The notes under the pieces are model-generated. The model was not told where the DNA came from, searched no databases, and saw only the letters and a program-made list of their open reading frames with translations. A stretch of 64,000 bases of DNA from NCBI GenBank assembly GCA_027355945.1, contig DAIEHA010000002.1, forward strand, positions 15,071 to 79,070. The letters run 5' to 3'. Source of the stretch: Candidatus Parcubacteria bacterium (GTDB taxonomy: Bacteria; Patescibacteriota; Minisyncoccia; UBA6257; 2-01-FULL-56-20). Position 1 is the first letter of the stretch; every line of letters starts with the position of its first letter. A program made the position numbers and the translations under genes. Of this stretch, positions 19,791 to 28,965 are shown in pieces.

Positions 19791-19967
19791 ATGTTCAGAA
19801 TCTTTAAGAAAAAGTGTCCGATTTGCAGGATGGCACTCGAAGAAGGAAAACAATATCCTGAGGAATTCGGTAAACAATTCTGTTCGGAAAGATGCAAGAC
19901 ACAGTATCAAGAATTAACAAATAAAAAGAAGCAATCGCAACATTCCAGCCATGGTGGGTGTTGTTAA
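19791..19967 (+). CDS. Small YHS/TRASH-like metal-binding protein (58 aa, not in ORF track)
   Basis: MFRIFKKKCPICRM...FCSERC...HSSHGGCC. Confidence 0.8.
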   Translation: MFRIFKKKCPICRMALEEGKQYPEEFGKQFCSERCKTQYQELTNKKKQSQHSSHGGCC

Positions 19968-19979
19968 GAGTTCAACGCT

Positions 19980-21278
19980 ATGCGGTTATCGTTTCTTTTG
20001 ATCGGACTCGGATTTGTCGCGGTTTTGGCCGTCGGGGGTATTTCGAGTTCTCGTGCAGTAGCTGCAACGGTGGTAGCTACGAGTACTGGCGGCAATGCTT
20101 CGCAAGTCCAGATCAATACGGATAACCAACAGATCGCAGACCTCAACCAAAAAATAGCATCCTACCAAGCGCAACTTCGGAAAGTAGGTGCGGATAAGAA
20201 AACGCTCCAAGCGGCTATTCACGCGCTCGATTTGCAACGCAGCAACGCACAAGTGCAGGTTGCCGTTACCCAACTGCAGATCAACGCAACCCAGGCCCAG
20301 ATCAAACAGTTGGGCGGAGAGATATTGGGAGCGAAGCAGACGATAGCAGGGGATCAGGCGGCGCTCGGAGAATATCTTCAAAGTCTTCAAAAAGCCGACG
20401 ATAAGCCGTTGATCGTGCAGATGCTTTCATCGGGCGGTCTTGTTCAAGCATGGGATGATATTAATGCGACAGTAAAGATGCAAACCGCCGTCCAAAATCA
20501 AATGCAGGCGCTTCGTGTCCAGGAAGACAGCCTTGCCAACTCGCAGACAGTTTCAAAACAGAAACAGGAAGCACTCACATCGCAAAAACAGGCATTGGCA
20601 TCACGGCAGCAATCGCTTATCGCGACGGAACAATCTAAAAGTCAGCTGCTCGCCGAAACCAAGTCGCAAGAATCTGCTTATCAAAAATTGCTTGCCGCGG
20701 CGCACGCGGAGCTCAGTAGCTTCTCGACGTTTACAGAGAACGCGGGCGGATCAAAACTGCTTGCCAATCAGACCAGTTGCGACTCGTGGGGCTGCTATTA
20801 TAATCAGCGTGATTCGGCATGGGGCGCTACTCCTCTTGATGGGACAAAATATACGCTTGCACGCGCAGGGTGCCTCATTGCATCCGTGGCGATGGTGCTC
20901 ACGCATTACGGGTATAAGGATGTGACGCCTGCGACCATCAACTCGAACCCCGATAACTTCGCGGGGTATTCACCCGATCTGCTGCTCGCGTCGATCGACG
21001 TTGACGGTGTGACCGTTATGCGAAAGGCCATCAGGGTGAAAGGTGCCACTGCCGCACGAAAAATTTCAGTTATTGATGCGATGCTTGCGACTGGCCATCC
21101 GGCAATCGTCGGCATGAATGCCCTCGGCGGCACGCATTTTGTCGTACTCACGAGCGGGAGCAATGGTGATTACCTCATGCGCGATCCGTATGTAGCGAAT
21201 GGTAACGGTATCAGCTTCACCTCCTATTATTCATTGAAGGAGATATATAGCATTGCGAAGATCGTGATCGGGAGTTGA
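19980..21278 (+). CDS. Secreted coiled-coil protein with C-terminal C39-like peptidase
   Basis: Signal peptide, long coiled coil, YNQRD...GCLIASVAMV...HFVV...DP. Confidence 0.85.
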   Translation: MRLSFLLIGLGFVAVLAVGGISSSRAVAATVVATSTGGNASQVQINTDNQQIADLNQKIASYQAQLRKVGADKKTLQAAIHALDLQRSNAQVQVAVTQLQINATQAQIKQLGGEILGAKQTIAGDQAALGEYLQSLQKADDKPLIVQMLSSGGLVQAWDDINATVKMQTAVQNQMQALRVQEDSLANSQTVSKQKQEALTSQKQALASRQQSLIATEQSKSQLLAETKSQESAYQKLLAAAHAELSSFSTFTENAGGSKLLANQTSCDSWGCYYNQRDSAWGATPLDGTKYTLARAGCLIASVAMVLTHYGYKDVTPATINSNPDNFAGYSPDLLLASIDVDGVTVMRKAIRVKGATAARKISVIDAMLATGHPAIVGMNALGGTHFVVLTSGSNGDYLMRDPYVANGNGISFTSYYSLKEIYSIAKIVIGS

Positions 21279-21304
21279 CAGTAAATACCCCCTAGGGGTA
21301 TCAT
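21275..21304 (+). promoter_or_regulatory. ATPase promoter with CsoR-type operator
   Basis: TTGACA-18 nt-TATCAT enclosing ATACCCCCTAGGGGTAT (21285-21301). Confidence 0.85.
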
Positions 21305-21316
21305 TAAGAAAATAAT

Positions 21317-23689
21317 ATGAGCCACGACCATATGCATCACAACGAAGGGGCTGTTCGGCAACCGAATTGTGCCTGCGGCAAGAAGTGTTCCGGGTGCTCT
21401 GCGGAAAAACTAGCTGTTAATTGTGGTTGTGATATGGAAGCAAAACAGTTTGAATCCGATATGGATCATTCTTGCTGCCACAATACGCATAATAAAAAGA
21501 CGAGCGCTCCGGCCGTCGCAATGAGTGCGGAGGGAGGATCATATTATACCTGCCCAATGCATCCGGACGTGAGATCGAAAGTGCCCGGTAAGTGTCCGGG
21601 GTGCGGCATGGACCTTATCCTTAAAAAGGGCGAAGTTGCTTCGCAAGGTGATCATGCAAATCATGATATGCAGGCCATGAGCCATATGGATCATGAGGCG
21701 GCGATGACGAGCCCGCAATTGGCGAAGCAGATGGAGCGGGATATGCGTCGCCGATTTTGGATTTCATTCATACTCTCGATCCCGATCTTTCTTTATTCGC
21801 CGGTCGGCACAGCAGTGTTCAAGGTCGCGCTTTGGAGCCCCATCCCAATCAATTGGCTATTATTGATCCTCACCACGCCGATCGTATTTTGGACGGGCTC
21901 GATCTTCATCACAGGGACATACTATTCCCTGAAAGCAAAAAAGCTGAACATGGCGGTGCTTATTGCGACAGGGGTGTTGGCCGCCTATCTTTTTAGCGTT
22001 CTTCTCACCGTTATCGGAAGCCCCGATACTTTTTATGAGGCAGCAGCACTTTTGGTTACCTTCGTGCTCTTTGGCCATTGGATGGAGATGAAGTCTCGGC
22101 GTGGCACTTCGGAATCTTTGCGGGCCCTATTTGATCTTGTGCCGCCAAAGGCAACGGTTATCCGCGATGGTAGGGAGATCTCGATCCCAAGCGCCGAGAT
22201 TATGCATGATGACATTGTAGTAGTGCGGCCCGGCGACAAATTACCGGTGGACGGCGTTGTGACCGAAGGCGAGAGCGCGGTTGACGAGTCGCTCGTTACG
22301 GGAGAATCAATCCCAGTCACAAAAATGATCGGCGACAAAGTCACCGGTGGATCGGTCAACCAAACAGGGACCCTTAAGTTCAAGGCGACGCAGGTGGGTG
22401 CGGAAACCGTCCTCGCGCAGATCATTAAGCTCGTTGAGACGGCCCAGAATTCCAAAGCGCCGGGTCAGCGCCTTGCCGATCGCGCTGCTGGCTGGCTCGT
22501 TATCTTGGCCGTTGGTTCGGGTATCGTGACATTTCTTGGCTGGTATTTTTGGGGCCACACAGGATTCATCACTGCGCTGACATTCGCCATTTCAGCAGTG
22601 GTGATCGCGTGTCCGGATGCTTTGGGGCTTGCGACGCCGACCGCCGTGGCGGTGGGTACTGGTATCGGGGCAAAACATAATATCCTCATTAAAGATGCCG
22701 CGACACTAGAGAACACTTCCAAGTTGAATGCGGTTGTGCTCGATAAAACAGGGACGTTGACGGAAGGGAAGCCAAAGGTAACCGATATTGTTCCACTGAA
22801 TGGTTTTAACGAAGAAGATGTCTTGCGGTATGAGGCGAGCATTGAAAACAATTCCAATCATCCGGTTGCAAAGGCTATCGTGGACGAGGCCGCCAAGCGT
22901 GGCGTTTCTCTCGTGGAGTCTTCGCAATTCGAATCTATCCCTGGCTATGGCATAAAGGCGACCATCCTTGGCAAGCGGGTACTCGCGGGGAATGAACGAT
23001 TGATGACAACGAATGGCGTGGATGTGGTGTCGGCGAGGATGACCATCGACAAGCTTGCGAACGAAGGGAAGACGATCAGCCTGCTTTCCATCGATGAGAA
23101 GATCGCAGGGGTTACCGCCGTCGCCGATACCGTGCGCCCAAGCGCGAAACAGGCGATCAAACGACTCCAAGACCTCGGTATCGAAGTGGCGATGATAACG
23201 GGTGATCATAAAGTCGTCGCGGAAGCGGTCGGAAAGGAGCTTGGCATCAATCGTGTTTTTGCAGAAGTGCTCCCTAAAGATAAAGCGAGTTATGTGAAGA
23301 AACTGCAGGACGAAGGAAAATTTGTTGCGATGGTGGGCGATGGTGTGAATGACGCTCCGGCGTTGGCGCAATCGGACATCGGTATCGCGATCGGCGCGGG
23401 TACTGATGTAGCGATCGAGACCGGTAACATAGTGCTTATGAAATCCGATCCGAACGATATTGCCTCGGCAATCATCCTGAGCAAAGCAACGGTTGCTAAA
23501 ATGAAGCAGAATCTTTTCTGGGCGGCAATCTATAACGTGTCCGCGATTCCCGTTGCGGCAGGCGTATTCGCAGGGATCGGTATCACGCTCCGTCCGGAGA
23601 TTTCGGCGCTCCTAATGTCCGCGTCATCTATTATTGTTGCCACCAATGCGGTGCTCTTAAAGAGAGTCGAAAGTAAGCTTAAAAGCTAA
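21317..23689 (+). CDS. Copper-type P1B ATPase (CopA/CopB-like, CPD motif)
   Basis: YTCPMHP domain, [36 protein letters not shown]. Confidence 0.95.
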   Translation: MSHDHMHHNEGAVRQPNCACGKKCSGCSAEKLAVNCGCDMEAKQFESDMDHSCCHNTHNKKTSAPAVAMSAEGGSYYTCPMHPDVRSKVPGKCPGCGMDLILKKGEVASQGDHANHDMQAMSHMDHEAAMTSPQLAKQMERDMRRRFWISFILSIPIFLYSPVGTAVFKVALWSPIPINWLLLILTTPIVFWTGSIFITGTYYSLKAKKLNMAVLIATGVLAAYLFSVLLTVIGSPDTFYEAAALLVTFVLFGHWMEMKSRRGTSESLRALFDLVPPKATVIRDGREISIPSAEIMHDDIVVVRPGDKLPVDGVVTEGESAVDESLVTGESIPVTKMIGDKVTGGSVNQTGTLKFKATQVGAETVLAQIIKLVETAQNSKAPGQRLADRAAGWLVILAVGSGIVTFLGWYFWGHTGFITALTFAISAVVIACPDALGLATPTAVAVGTGIGAKHNILIKDAATLENTSKLNAVVLDKTGTLTEGKPKVTDIVPLNGFNEEDVLRYEASIENNSNHPVAKAIVDEAAKRGVSLVESSQFESIPGYGIKATILGKRVLAGNERLMTTNGVDVVSARMTIDKLANEGKTISLLSIDEKIAGVTAVADTVRPSAKQAIKRLQDLGIEVAMITGDHKVVAEAVGKELGINRVFAEVLPKDKASYVKKLQDEGKFVAMVGDGVNDAPALAQSDIGIAIGAGTDVAIETGNIVLMKSDPNDIASAIILSKATVAKMKQNLFWAAIYNVSAIPVAAGVFAGIGITLRPEISALLMSASSIIVATNAVLLKRVESKLKS

Positions 23690-23723
23690 AAGGTCGCGAG
23701 GTAAATAATTAATTACTATTACA

Positions 23724-23972
23724 TTGCTTTCACTTAAACGGTATGGATGGCTCTGCGTGCTTGGTATCGAAGTGGCCTATGTTGGCTGCATGATCTATCG
23801 CTTTTTCCTGAACGGCGCGGCTCTTAGCTTGCATGCATCACTCTTTGAACTCCTTCCAGGATTTTCATGGGGAATTGGCGGCATGGTCATCGGTGCAATA
23901 GACCTCTTTATCTTTGCATGGATTTTTGCGTGGTACATGGTCTGGATGCACAATACGAGCATCCAGAAATAG
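23724..23972 (+). CDS. Small membrane protein (DUF5676-like)
   Basis: Two TMs with H...LLPGFSW between them; follows the ATPase; TTG start. Confidence 0.65.
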   Translation: MLSLKRYGWLCVLGIEVAYVGCMIYRFFLNGAALSLHASLFELLPGFSWGIGGMVIGAIDLFIFAWIFAWYMVWMHNTSIQK

Positions 23973-24003
23973 TGGTGGATTTCTCCCACATGTCCACACT
24001 TAT

Positions 24004-24027
24004 AAAATGCCCTTTCGGGGGCATTTT
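24004..24027. terminator. Bidirectional terminator
   Basis: AAAATGCCC-TTTCGG-GGGCATTTT between convergent genes. Confidence 0.7.
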
Positions 24028-24496
24028 AATTTGCAGGCACTATTTTTTCATTACGCCAATTTCTAATACATAAATCTCCCCATCCGTGGCCGAACCACAG
24101 GGCGAGGAATACAAGAACATAAATGACTGCCGCTCCGATGTCCGTCGACCCCGCAGTGTACGGGCCACCGAATCCTTCGGCGGTGGACCAGATGACGAGA
24201 CTCATTGCGATACCACCCCACGTTGCGACGCGTGACGCGATGCCGAAGATGAGCGCAAGAGCAATTGCTGTTTCTGCAGTTGCAACGAGTAGTGCAAAAA
24301 GCCCCGGGTTTACTCCTATTATATGAATCCAAAGTGTGATCCAATTTTTAACGAGCAGTGGCTGGCCGTCGAGGTTCCCCGAGAGATAACTCGTAAAGTT
24401 TGTGAAGAAATCTGGCTGCCATTTGAAATAAGCGTCAATTCCCCAAATGGCGCCGAAAGCGATTCGGAGCCATGCGAACTTACGCTGGTCGGTCAT
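24026..24496 (-). CDS. DoxX/DoxD-family membrane protein
   Basis: LRIAFGAIW...FKWQP, AETAIALALIFG, EGFGGPY...TDIG. Confidence 0.82.
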   Translation of the reverse strand: MTDQRKFAWLRIAFGAIWGIDAYFKWQPDFFTNFTSYLSGNLDGQPLLVKNWITLWIHIIGVNPGLFALLVATAETAIALALIFGIASRVATWGGIAMSLVIWSTAEGFGGPYTAGSTDIGAAVIYVLVFLALWFGHGWGDLCIRNWRNEKIVPAN

Positions 24497-24647
24497 GATT
24501 TTATTTTACCTTATCCGGAGGTGCATTAAAATCAATATGCATTCATGCTTAAACCAGCCCATTATTTTAAATGAGAGGCTTGGACCTGCAAAAACGCAGA
24601 TGATATAAAGGAATCAAGAACGTTGTACGCTCAAAATCCAACAGGGG

Positions 24648-24719
24648 GGTGCCTAACGGGAATCGAACCCGTATCATCGGAGCCACAATCCGAGGCTCTA
24701 CCATTAAGCTATAGGCACC
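24648..24719 (-). tRNA. tRNA-His(GUG)
   Basis: G-1 then GTGCCTA/TAGGCAC, C73, anticodon arm TCGGA-TTGTGGC-TCCGA. Confidence 0.95.
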
Positions 24720-24813
24720 ATCATGGATGCCGCGTCCTGCGCCGCGAGTATCCGCATACATAATCTACACGGAATCGGCTGTTTTTTCAACATTTTTGGA
24801 GTATGATTGACCC

Positions 24814-26064
24814 ATGATCTATCCTGAGCTGGAAAAAGAGGATTCGCAGGTCTATGAGATCGTGAAGCGGGAGGAGCGGCGGCAAAAGGAGGGTATCGAG
24901 CTCATTGCGAGCGAGAATTATGCCTCTCGCGCGGTCCTCGAAGCGATGGGGTCCGTGCTTACGAATAAATACAGTGAAGGGTATCCCGGAAAGCGGTATT
25001 ACGGCGGGAACGGAGTGATCGACGAGGCGGAAGCACTTGCCATTTCCCGGGCAAAGGAGCTTTTTGGCGCTGAACACGTGAACGTGCAACCGCTTTCCGG
25101 TTCTCCCGCGAATCTCGCCGTCTATATGGCGCTTCTCCAGCCAGGCGACAAAGTGCTGGGATTCTCGCTCGATCAGGGCGGACATCTTTCCCATGGCCAT
25201 CCACTGAACTTCTCCGGGAAACTCTATTCCATCATCCCGTACTTCGTGGATAAAGAACGGGAGGTCATCGATATGGACGAAGTGGAATCGATCGCACTCC
25301 GCGAAAAGCCGAAGATGATCCTTGCGGGATTCTCCGCATATTCGCGCTCCCTTGATTGGAAGCGCTTCCGGGAGATCGCAGACGCATGCGGCGCATATCT
25401 CTTCGCGGACATCGCCCACATCGCAGGGCTCATTGCGGGCAAACAACTTGAAAACCCCGTGCCATATTGTGACGTGGTTTCCACGACGACGCATAAGACC
25501 CTCCGGGGTCCTCGCGGTGCGATGATCATGTCAAAGGAGCGCTTTGCGGCTGCGATCGATAAAGCGGTGTTCCCGGGCGTGCAGGGAGGTCCTCATGACC
25601 ATATCACCGCGGCAAAAGCGGTGGCATACGGAGAGGCGCTCAGGCCGGAGTTCGCCGAGTATGCCGCGCACGTGATCGCGAACGCCCGTGCGCTCGCCGC
25701 GGCGCTCGCCGCCAAAGGGTACCGCATCATATCCGGAGGTACGGACAACCATCTCATGCTTGTGGATGTGGCGGGGAGCAAAGGCATCACCGGAAAAGAG
25801 GCGGAAAAAGCGCTGGAACAGGTGGGCATATCCGTCAATAAAAATATGATCCCATTCGATCCCCGAAAACCTCTCGATCCCTCGGGTATCCGTCTCGGCA
25901 CCCCCGCACTCACTACCCGCGGATGCGGCGAAGAGGATATGCGGACCGTCGCAAGCCTTATCGATGAGGCTCTTGCGGCACGCAATGACGATGCGGCGCT
26001 CGGCCGCATACAGGAAAAGGTCAGGGAGTTCGCGCTCAAGTTCCCCGTCCCGGGGATCGAGTGA
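24814..26064 (+). CDS. glyA: Serine hydroxymethyltransferase
   Basis: LIASEN, NKYSEGYPGKRYYGG, TTTHKTLRGPRG. Confidence 0.98.
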   Translation: MIYPELEKEDSQVYEIVKREERRQKEGIELIASENYASRAVLEAMGSVLTNKYSEGYPGKRYYGGNGVIDEAEALAISRAKELFGAEHVNVQPLSGSPANLAVYMALLQPGDKVLGFSLDQGGHLSHGHPLNFSGKLYSIIPYFVDKEREVIDMDEVESIALREKPKMILAGFSAYSRSLDWKRFREIADACGAYLFADIAHIAGLIAGKQLENPVPYCDVVSTTTHKTLRGPRGAMIMSKERFAAAIDKAVFPGVQGGPHDHITAAKAVAYGEALRPEFAEYAAHVIANARALAAALAAKGYRIISGGTDNHLMLVDVAGSKGITGKEAEKALEQVGISVNKNMIPFDPRKPLDPSGIRLGTPALTTRGCGEEDMRTVASLIDEALAARNDDAALGRIQEKVREFALKFPVPGIE

Positions 26065-26107
26065 TCGCATTGCTATCGCGTCCGTTCTGCGGCACAATAT
26101 TCCGGAT

Positions 26108-26947
26108 ATGATCATCGATGGGAAGGCCATTGCGGCCGAAATCATGGAACGACTGAAGGCCCTTCCGAAACAGGACCGCTTCTTCGGCGCGGTTCTCGTC
26201 GGACGCGATCCCGCGTCGGTGAACTTTCTTGCACAGAAGGAGCGCGTTGCGCGCGAACTCGGCATCGATTTCCGCCTCTATGAATTCCCTGAAGCGACGA
26301 CGACCGATGTCCTTCGCGCGGAGATCGGACGTCTTGCCGCCCCCAAGGCTTGCGGCGCCCTCATCGTCCAACTTCCTCTCCCGGAACATGTGAACCGGCA
26401 TTATGTCCTTAATGCGATCCCGAAAGGCAAGGATGCCGACTGTCTCGGCGAGTCCGCGCTCGGTGCGTTTTATACCGGAAGGGGGGCGATCGTCCCTCCC
26501 TCTGTTGCCGTGGTGGAGGAGGTCATTCGGAGGGAGATTCGAGGAGACCTTCGCACGCTCAATGCGGCGGTGGTGGGCGCCGGGTTCCTCATCGGCAAAC
26601 CGGTGGGATTCTGGCTCCAGAACCGCGTAGGGGAGCTCGTCGTGCTCGATATCTCCGTACGGGACGTGCACGCGAAGCTTGGCGAAGCCGATATCGTGGT
26701 GAGCGGCACCGGACACGCGCACCTTTTCAACGCAGCCCATCTGAAGCCCGGCGCGCTTGTGATCGATTTCGGGTTTGCCCGTGACGCTTCCGGAAAGATC
26801 GCGGGCGATTTCGATCCCGCCGGGGCCGAAGAAAAGGGGATACGCTACACGAGGACCCCCGGCGGCACCGGCCCCCTGCTCGTTGCAAAGCTCTATGAGA
26901 ATTTCTATAGCCTCAATTCCCCATCATCCGTCTTTGGTGCGCGCTGA
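26108..26947 (+). CDS. folD: Methylenetetrahydrofolate dehydrogenase/cyclohydrolase
   Basis: IIDGKAIA, IVQLPLP, KDAD, GDFD, TPGGTGP. Confidence 0.93.
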   Translation: MIIDGKAIAAEIMERLKALPKQDRFFGAVLVGRDPASVNFLAQKERVARELGIDFRLYEFPEATTTDVLRAEIGRLAAPKACGALIVQLPLPEHVNRHYVLNAIPKGKDADCLGESALGAFYTGRGAIVPPSVAVVEEVIRREIRGDLRTLNAAVVGAGFLIGKPVGFWLQNRVGELVVLDISVRDVHAKLGEADIVVSGTGHAHLFNAAHLKPGALVIDFGFARDASGKIAGDFDPAGAEEKGIRYTRTPGGTGPLLVAKLYENFYSLNSPSSVFGAR

Positions 26948-27009
26948 GGGATTTGAACCCCCGACCCACTCCGTGTAAAGGAGTTGCTCTACCCCTGAGC
27001 TAAGCGCGC
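26935..27009 (-). tRNA. tRNA-Val(UAC)
   Basis: GCGCGCT/AGCGCGC, ACTCC-TTTACAC-GGAGT, encoded CCA. Confidence 0.95.
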
Positions 27010-27184
27010 ATGCCCATTCATCCTATAGGGATTTATGAAAAAGTAAACCTTTCGGGGGAGCGGTCCGCGGAACGGTGCCGGAATCCCGATGGAATGGGGG
27101 AGGGAGGGGCATGCGACCGGTAAAAAAATCCCCACGGCATGCCGTGGGGAGCGGTCCGGGGACCGGACCATTTCCTATCTGCGA

Positions 27185-28699
27185 TCAAAGGAGCTTTGCG
27201 GCGATCTCTGCAAGGATCGAACGTTCGCTCCTTGAGAACGTGATGTGTCCGAAGAGCGGTTGGCCCTTCATCCGTTCCGTCACGTGTGAGAGTCCGTTCG
27301 TCACCGGATCGAGGTAGATGTTGTCGATCTGATCGATGTCGCCCGTGAGGACGATCTTCGACCCCTTGCCGATGCGGGTGATCACCTTCTTGATGTCGGG
27401 AGCCGTGAAGTTCTGCGTCTCATCGACGATCACGAACTTGTGGTGCAGCGACCGTCCTCGCACGAAGTTGATGGGTTGGATCTGGATGCTCGGATTCTTC
27501 CCGTTGATCATCGCTTCGAGATCGTAATTCTTGCGGCGGGTTTCGTCCGAGGGCTTCGTTTCGTATTGTTCAAGCTCCCTTCCGATGGAGAGAAGCTCCA
27601 GCGAGTCGAGGATGGGCTGCGCCCATGGGCCCCATTTCGCCACCATATCCCCCTTGAGGAATCCCAGAGGGGTCCCTATCTCGGAGTTCGCCCGGTACAC
27701 GAGGATCTGTTCATAGATCCCCTTCCCGGTCTTCGGTGTCGTCTGGTTGGTTCCCGCGAGGAGCGCCATCAGTGTTTTGCCTCCGCCGGCGATGCCGGAG
27801 AGGGAGATGATCTGGATCTCCGGGTCCATGAGCAGGGCATATGCGAACGCCTGTTCGATGTTGCGGGGCCTTATCTCCCTACCCTTCTCTTCGGAAGGTT
27901 TCGCTACCGGAGAGAAGTACGGAACGGTTCCGGGGGTCGCTTTCGAAAGGGCGAGGACGTGCTTGCCCTTACCGTCATCGGAACGGAACACGCAGCACTG
28001 GTTCGGAAAAAGTTCGGGGATATCCGCGAAGCGGCGTGCATCCTCTGCCTCAAGACGTCCCGAACCATTGGCTTCGAAAAGCCTCGTTGCGATCTCCCGG
28101 AGTCCTCCGGGATCGTGCGTTACGATCTCTGCGATGCCGGAATAGAGCTTGTCCGGAGTATCGACGAGACGGTCCTTTTTGTAGTCCTCGGCCCTTATCT
28201 TCAGAGCGTCAGCCTTGATCCTCAGGTTGATGTCCTTCGTGACGACCATGACGTCCCCGATCGGGCCGAACCTCGAGTAGAGATTCGCGCCTTTCCGGTT
28301 GTCGTCATTCTTCTTCTGCTTTTTGTTCTCCGTGCGAAGGGATTTCTGGTGCTTCCATCGAAGTGCGACGCCGAGGATGAAATCATCGGCCTTCGTCATA
28401 TCGAGGAGGTTTCCGCTTATACCCTGGGGTATGTAGACCTGCGTGCTTACCAGCAGGAATCCTCCCCCGGGGGTGGGAACGCCTTCGCACAGCGATCCGC
28501 GTTTCTGGAAATCGTCGAGCAGTCGTATCACTTGGCGTGCTGCCGCTGCAGTGCCATTCCCTCCTCTTTCTTTGTGGTGGTCCAGTTCCTGCAGTACGGC
28601 AAAGGGGATATCCACGATATTGTCCTGAAAGGACAATATCGCCTTGGGGTCATGCAAGAGAAGCGATGTGTCGACGATGATCGTTTTTCGAACGTTCAT
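27185..28699 (-). CDS. PIN-PhoH fusion protein (PhoH2/YlaK-like)
   Basis: N-terminal VDTSLLLHDP PIN domain; GIAGGGKT, RGRS, DETQN, LTGDIDQID. Confidence 0.93.
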   Translation of the reverse strand: MNVRKTIIVDTSLLLHDPKAILSFQDNIVDIPFAVLQELDHHKERGGNGTAAAARQVIRLLDDFQKRGSLCEGVPTPGGGFLLVSTQVYIPQGISGNLLDMTKADDFILGVALRWKHQKSLRTENKKQKKNDDNRKGANLYSRFGPIGDVMVVTKDINLRIKADALKIRAEDYKKDRLVDTPDKLYSGIAEIVTHDPGGLREIATRLFEANGSGRLEAEDARRFADIPELFPNQCCVFRSDDGKGKHVLALSKATPGTVPYFSPVAKPSEEKGREIRPRNIEQAFAYALLMDPEIQIISLSGIAGGGKTLMALLAGTNQTTPKTGKGIYEQILVYRANSEIGTPLGFLKGDMVAKWGPWAQPILDSLELLSIGRELEQYETKPSDETRRKNYDLEAMINGKNPSIQIQPINFVRGRSLHHKFVIVDETQNFTAPDIKKVITRIGKGSKIVLTGDIDQIDNIYLDPVTNGLSHVTERMKGQPLFGHITFSRSERSILAEIAAKLL

Positions 28700-28965
28700 A
28701 AAGCCCTTTCTGCCCGGGCATCATGCGTGATGTCTGGCGGCGGGTTGGGGTTGATGGTTGTAAAGCTTCCTATCCGCATTCTATAACCTTCCTCGCCCGA
28801 TGCGCAATGCGCTACCAGGAAAAGTTTTCCACATTTTTTCCAGTGTTGCACGGGGCGGGATCGCGATATGGATCCCTCATTCTTTTGTAGACGCCTTGCC
28901 CGCAGTATTCTGCGTCCGGTTTGAGGGTGGGGAAGGGATGAGCGGCGGGTGCGTACCGCCATTCG

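Larger units (their letters stand above)
12524..24653. mobile_element. tRNA-His-anchored composite genomic island (tandem cassettes, no intact integrase)
   Basis: Bounded by a degenerate direct repeat (12524-12583 vs 24593-24653) ending in the tRNA-His 3' core GGGTGCC; internal att-like repeats; visibly more AT-rich than the flanks; accessory cargo. Confidence 0.75.
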
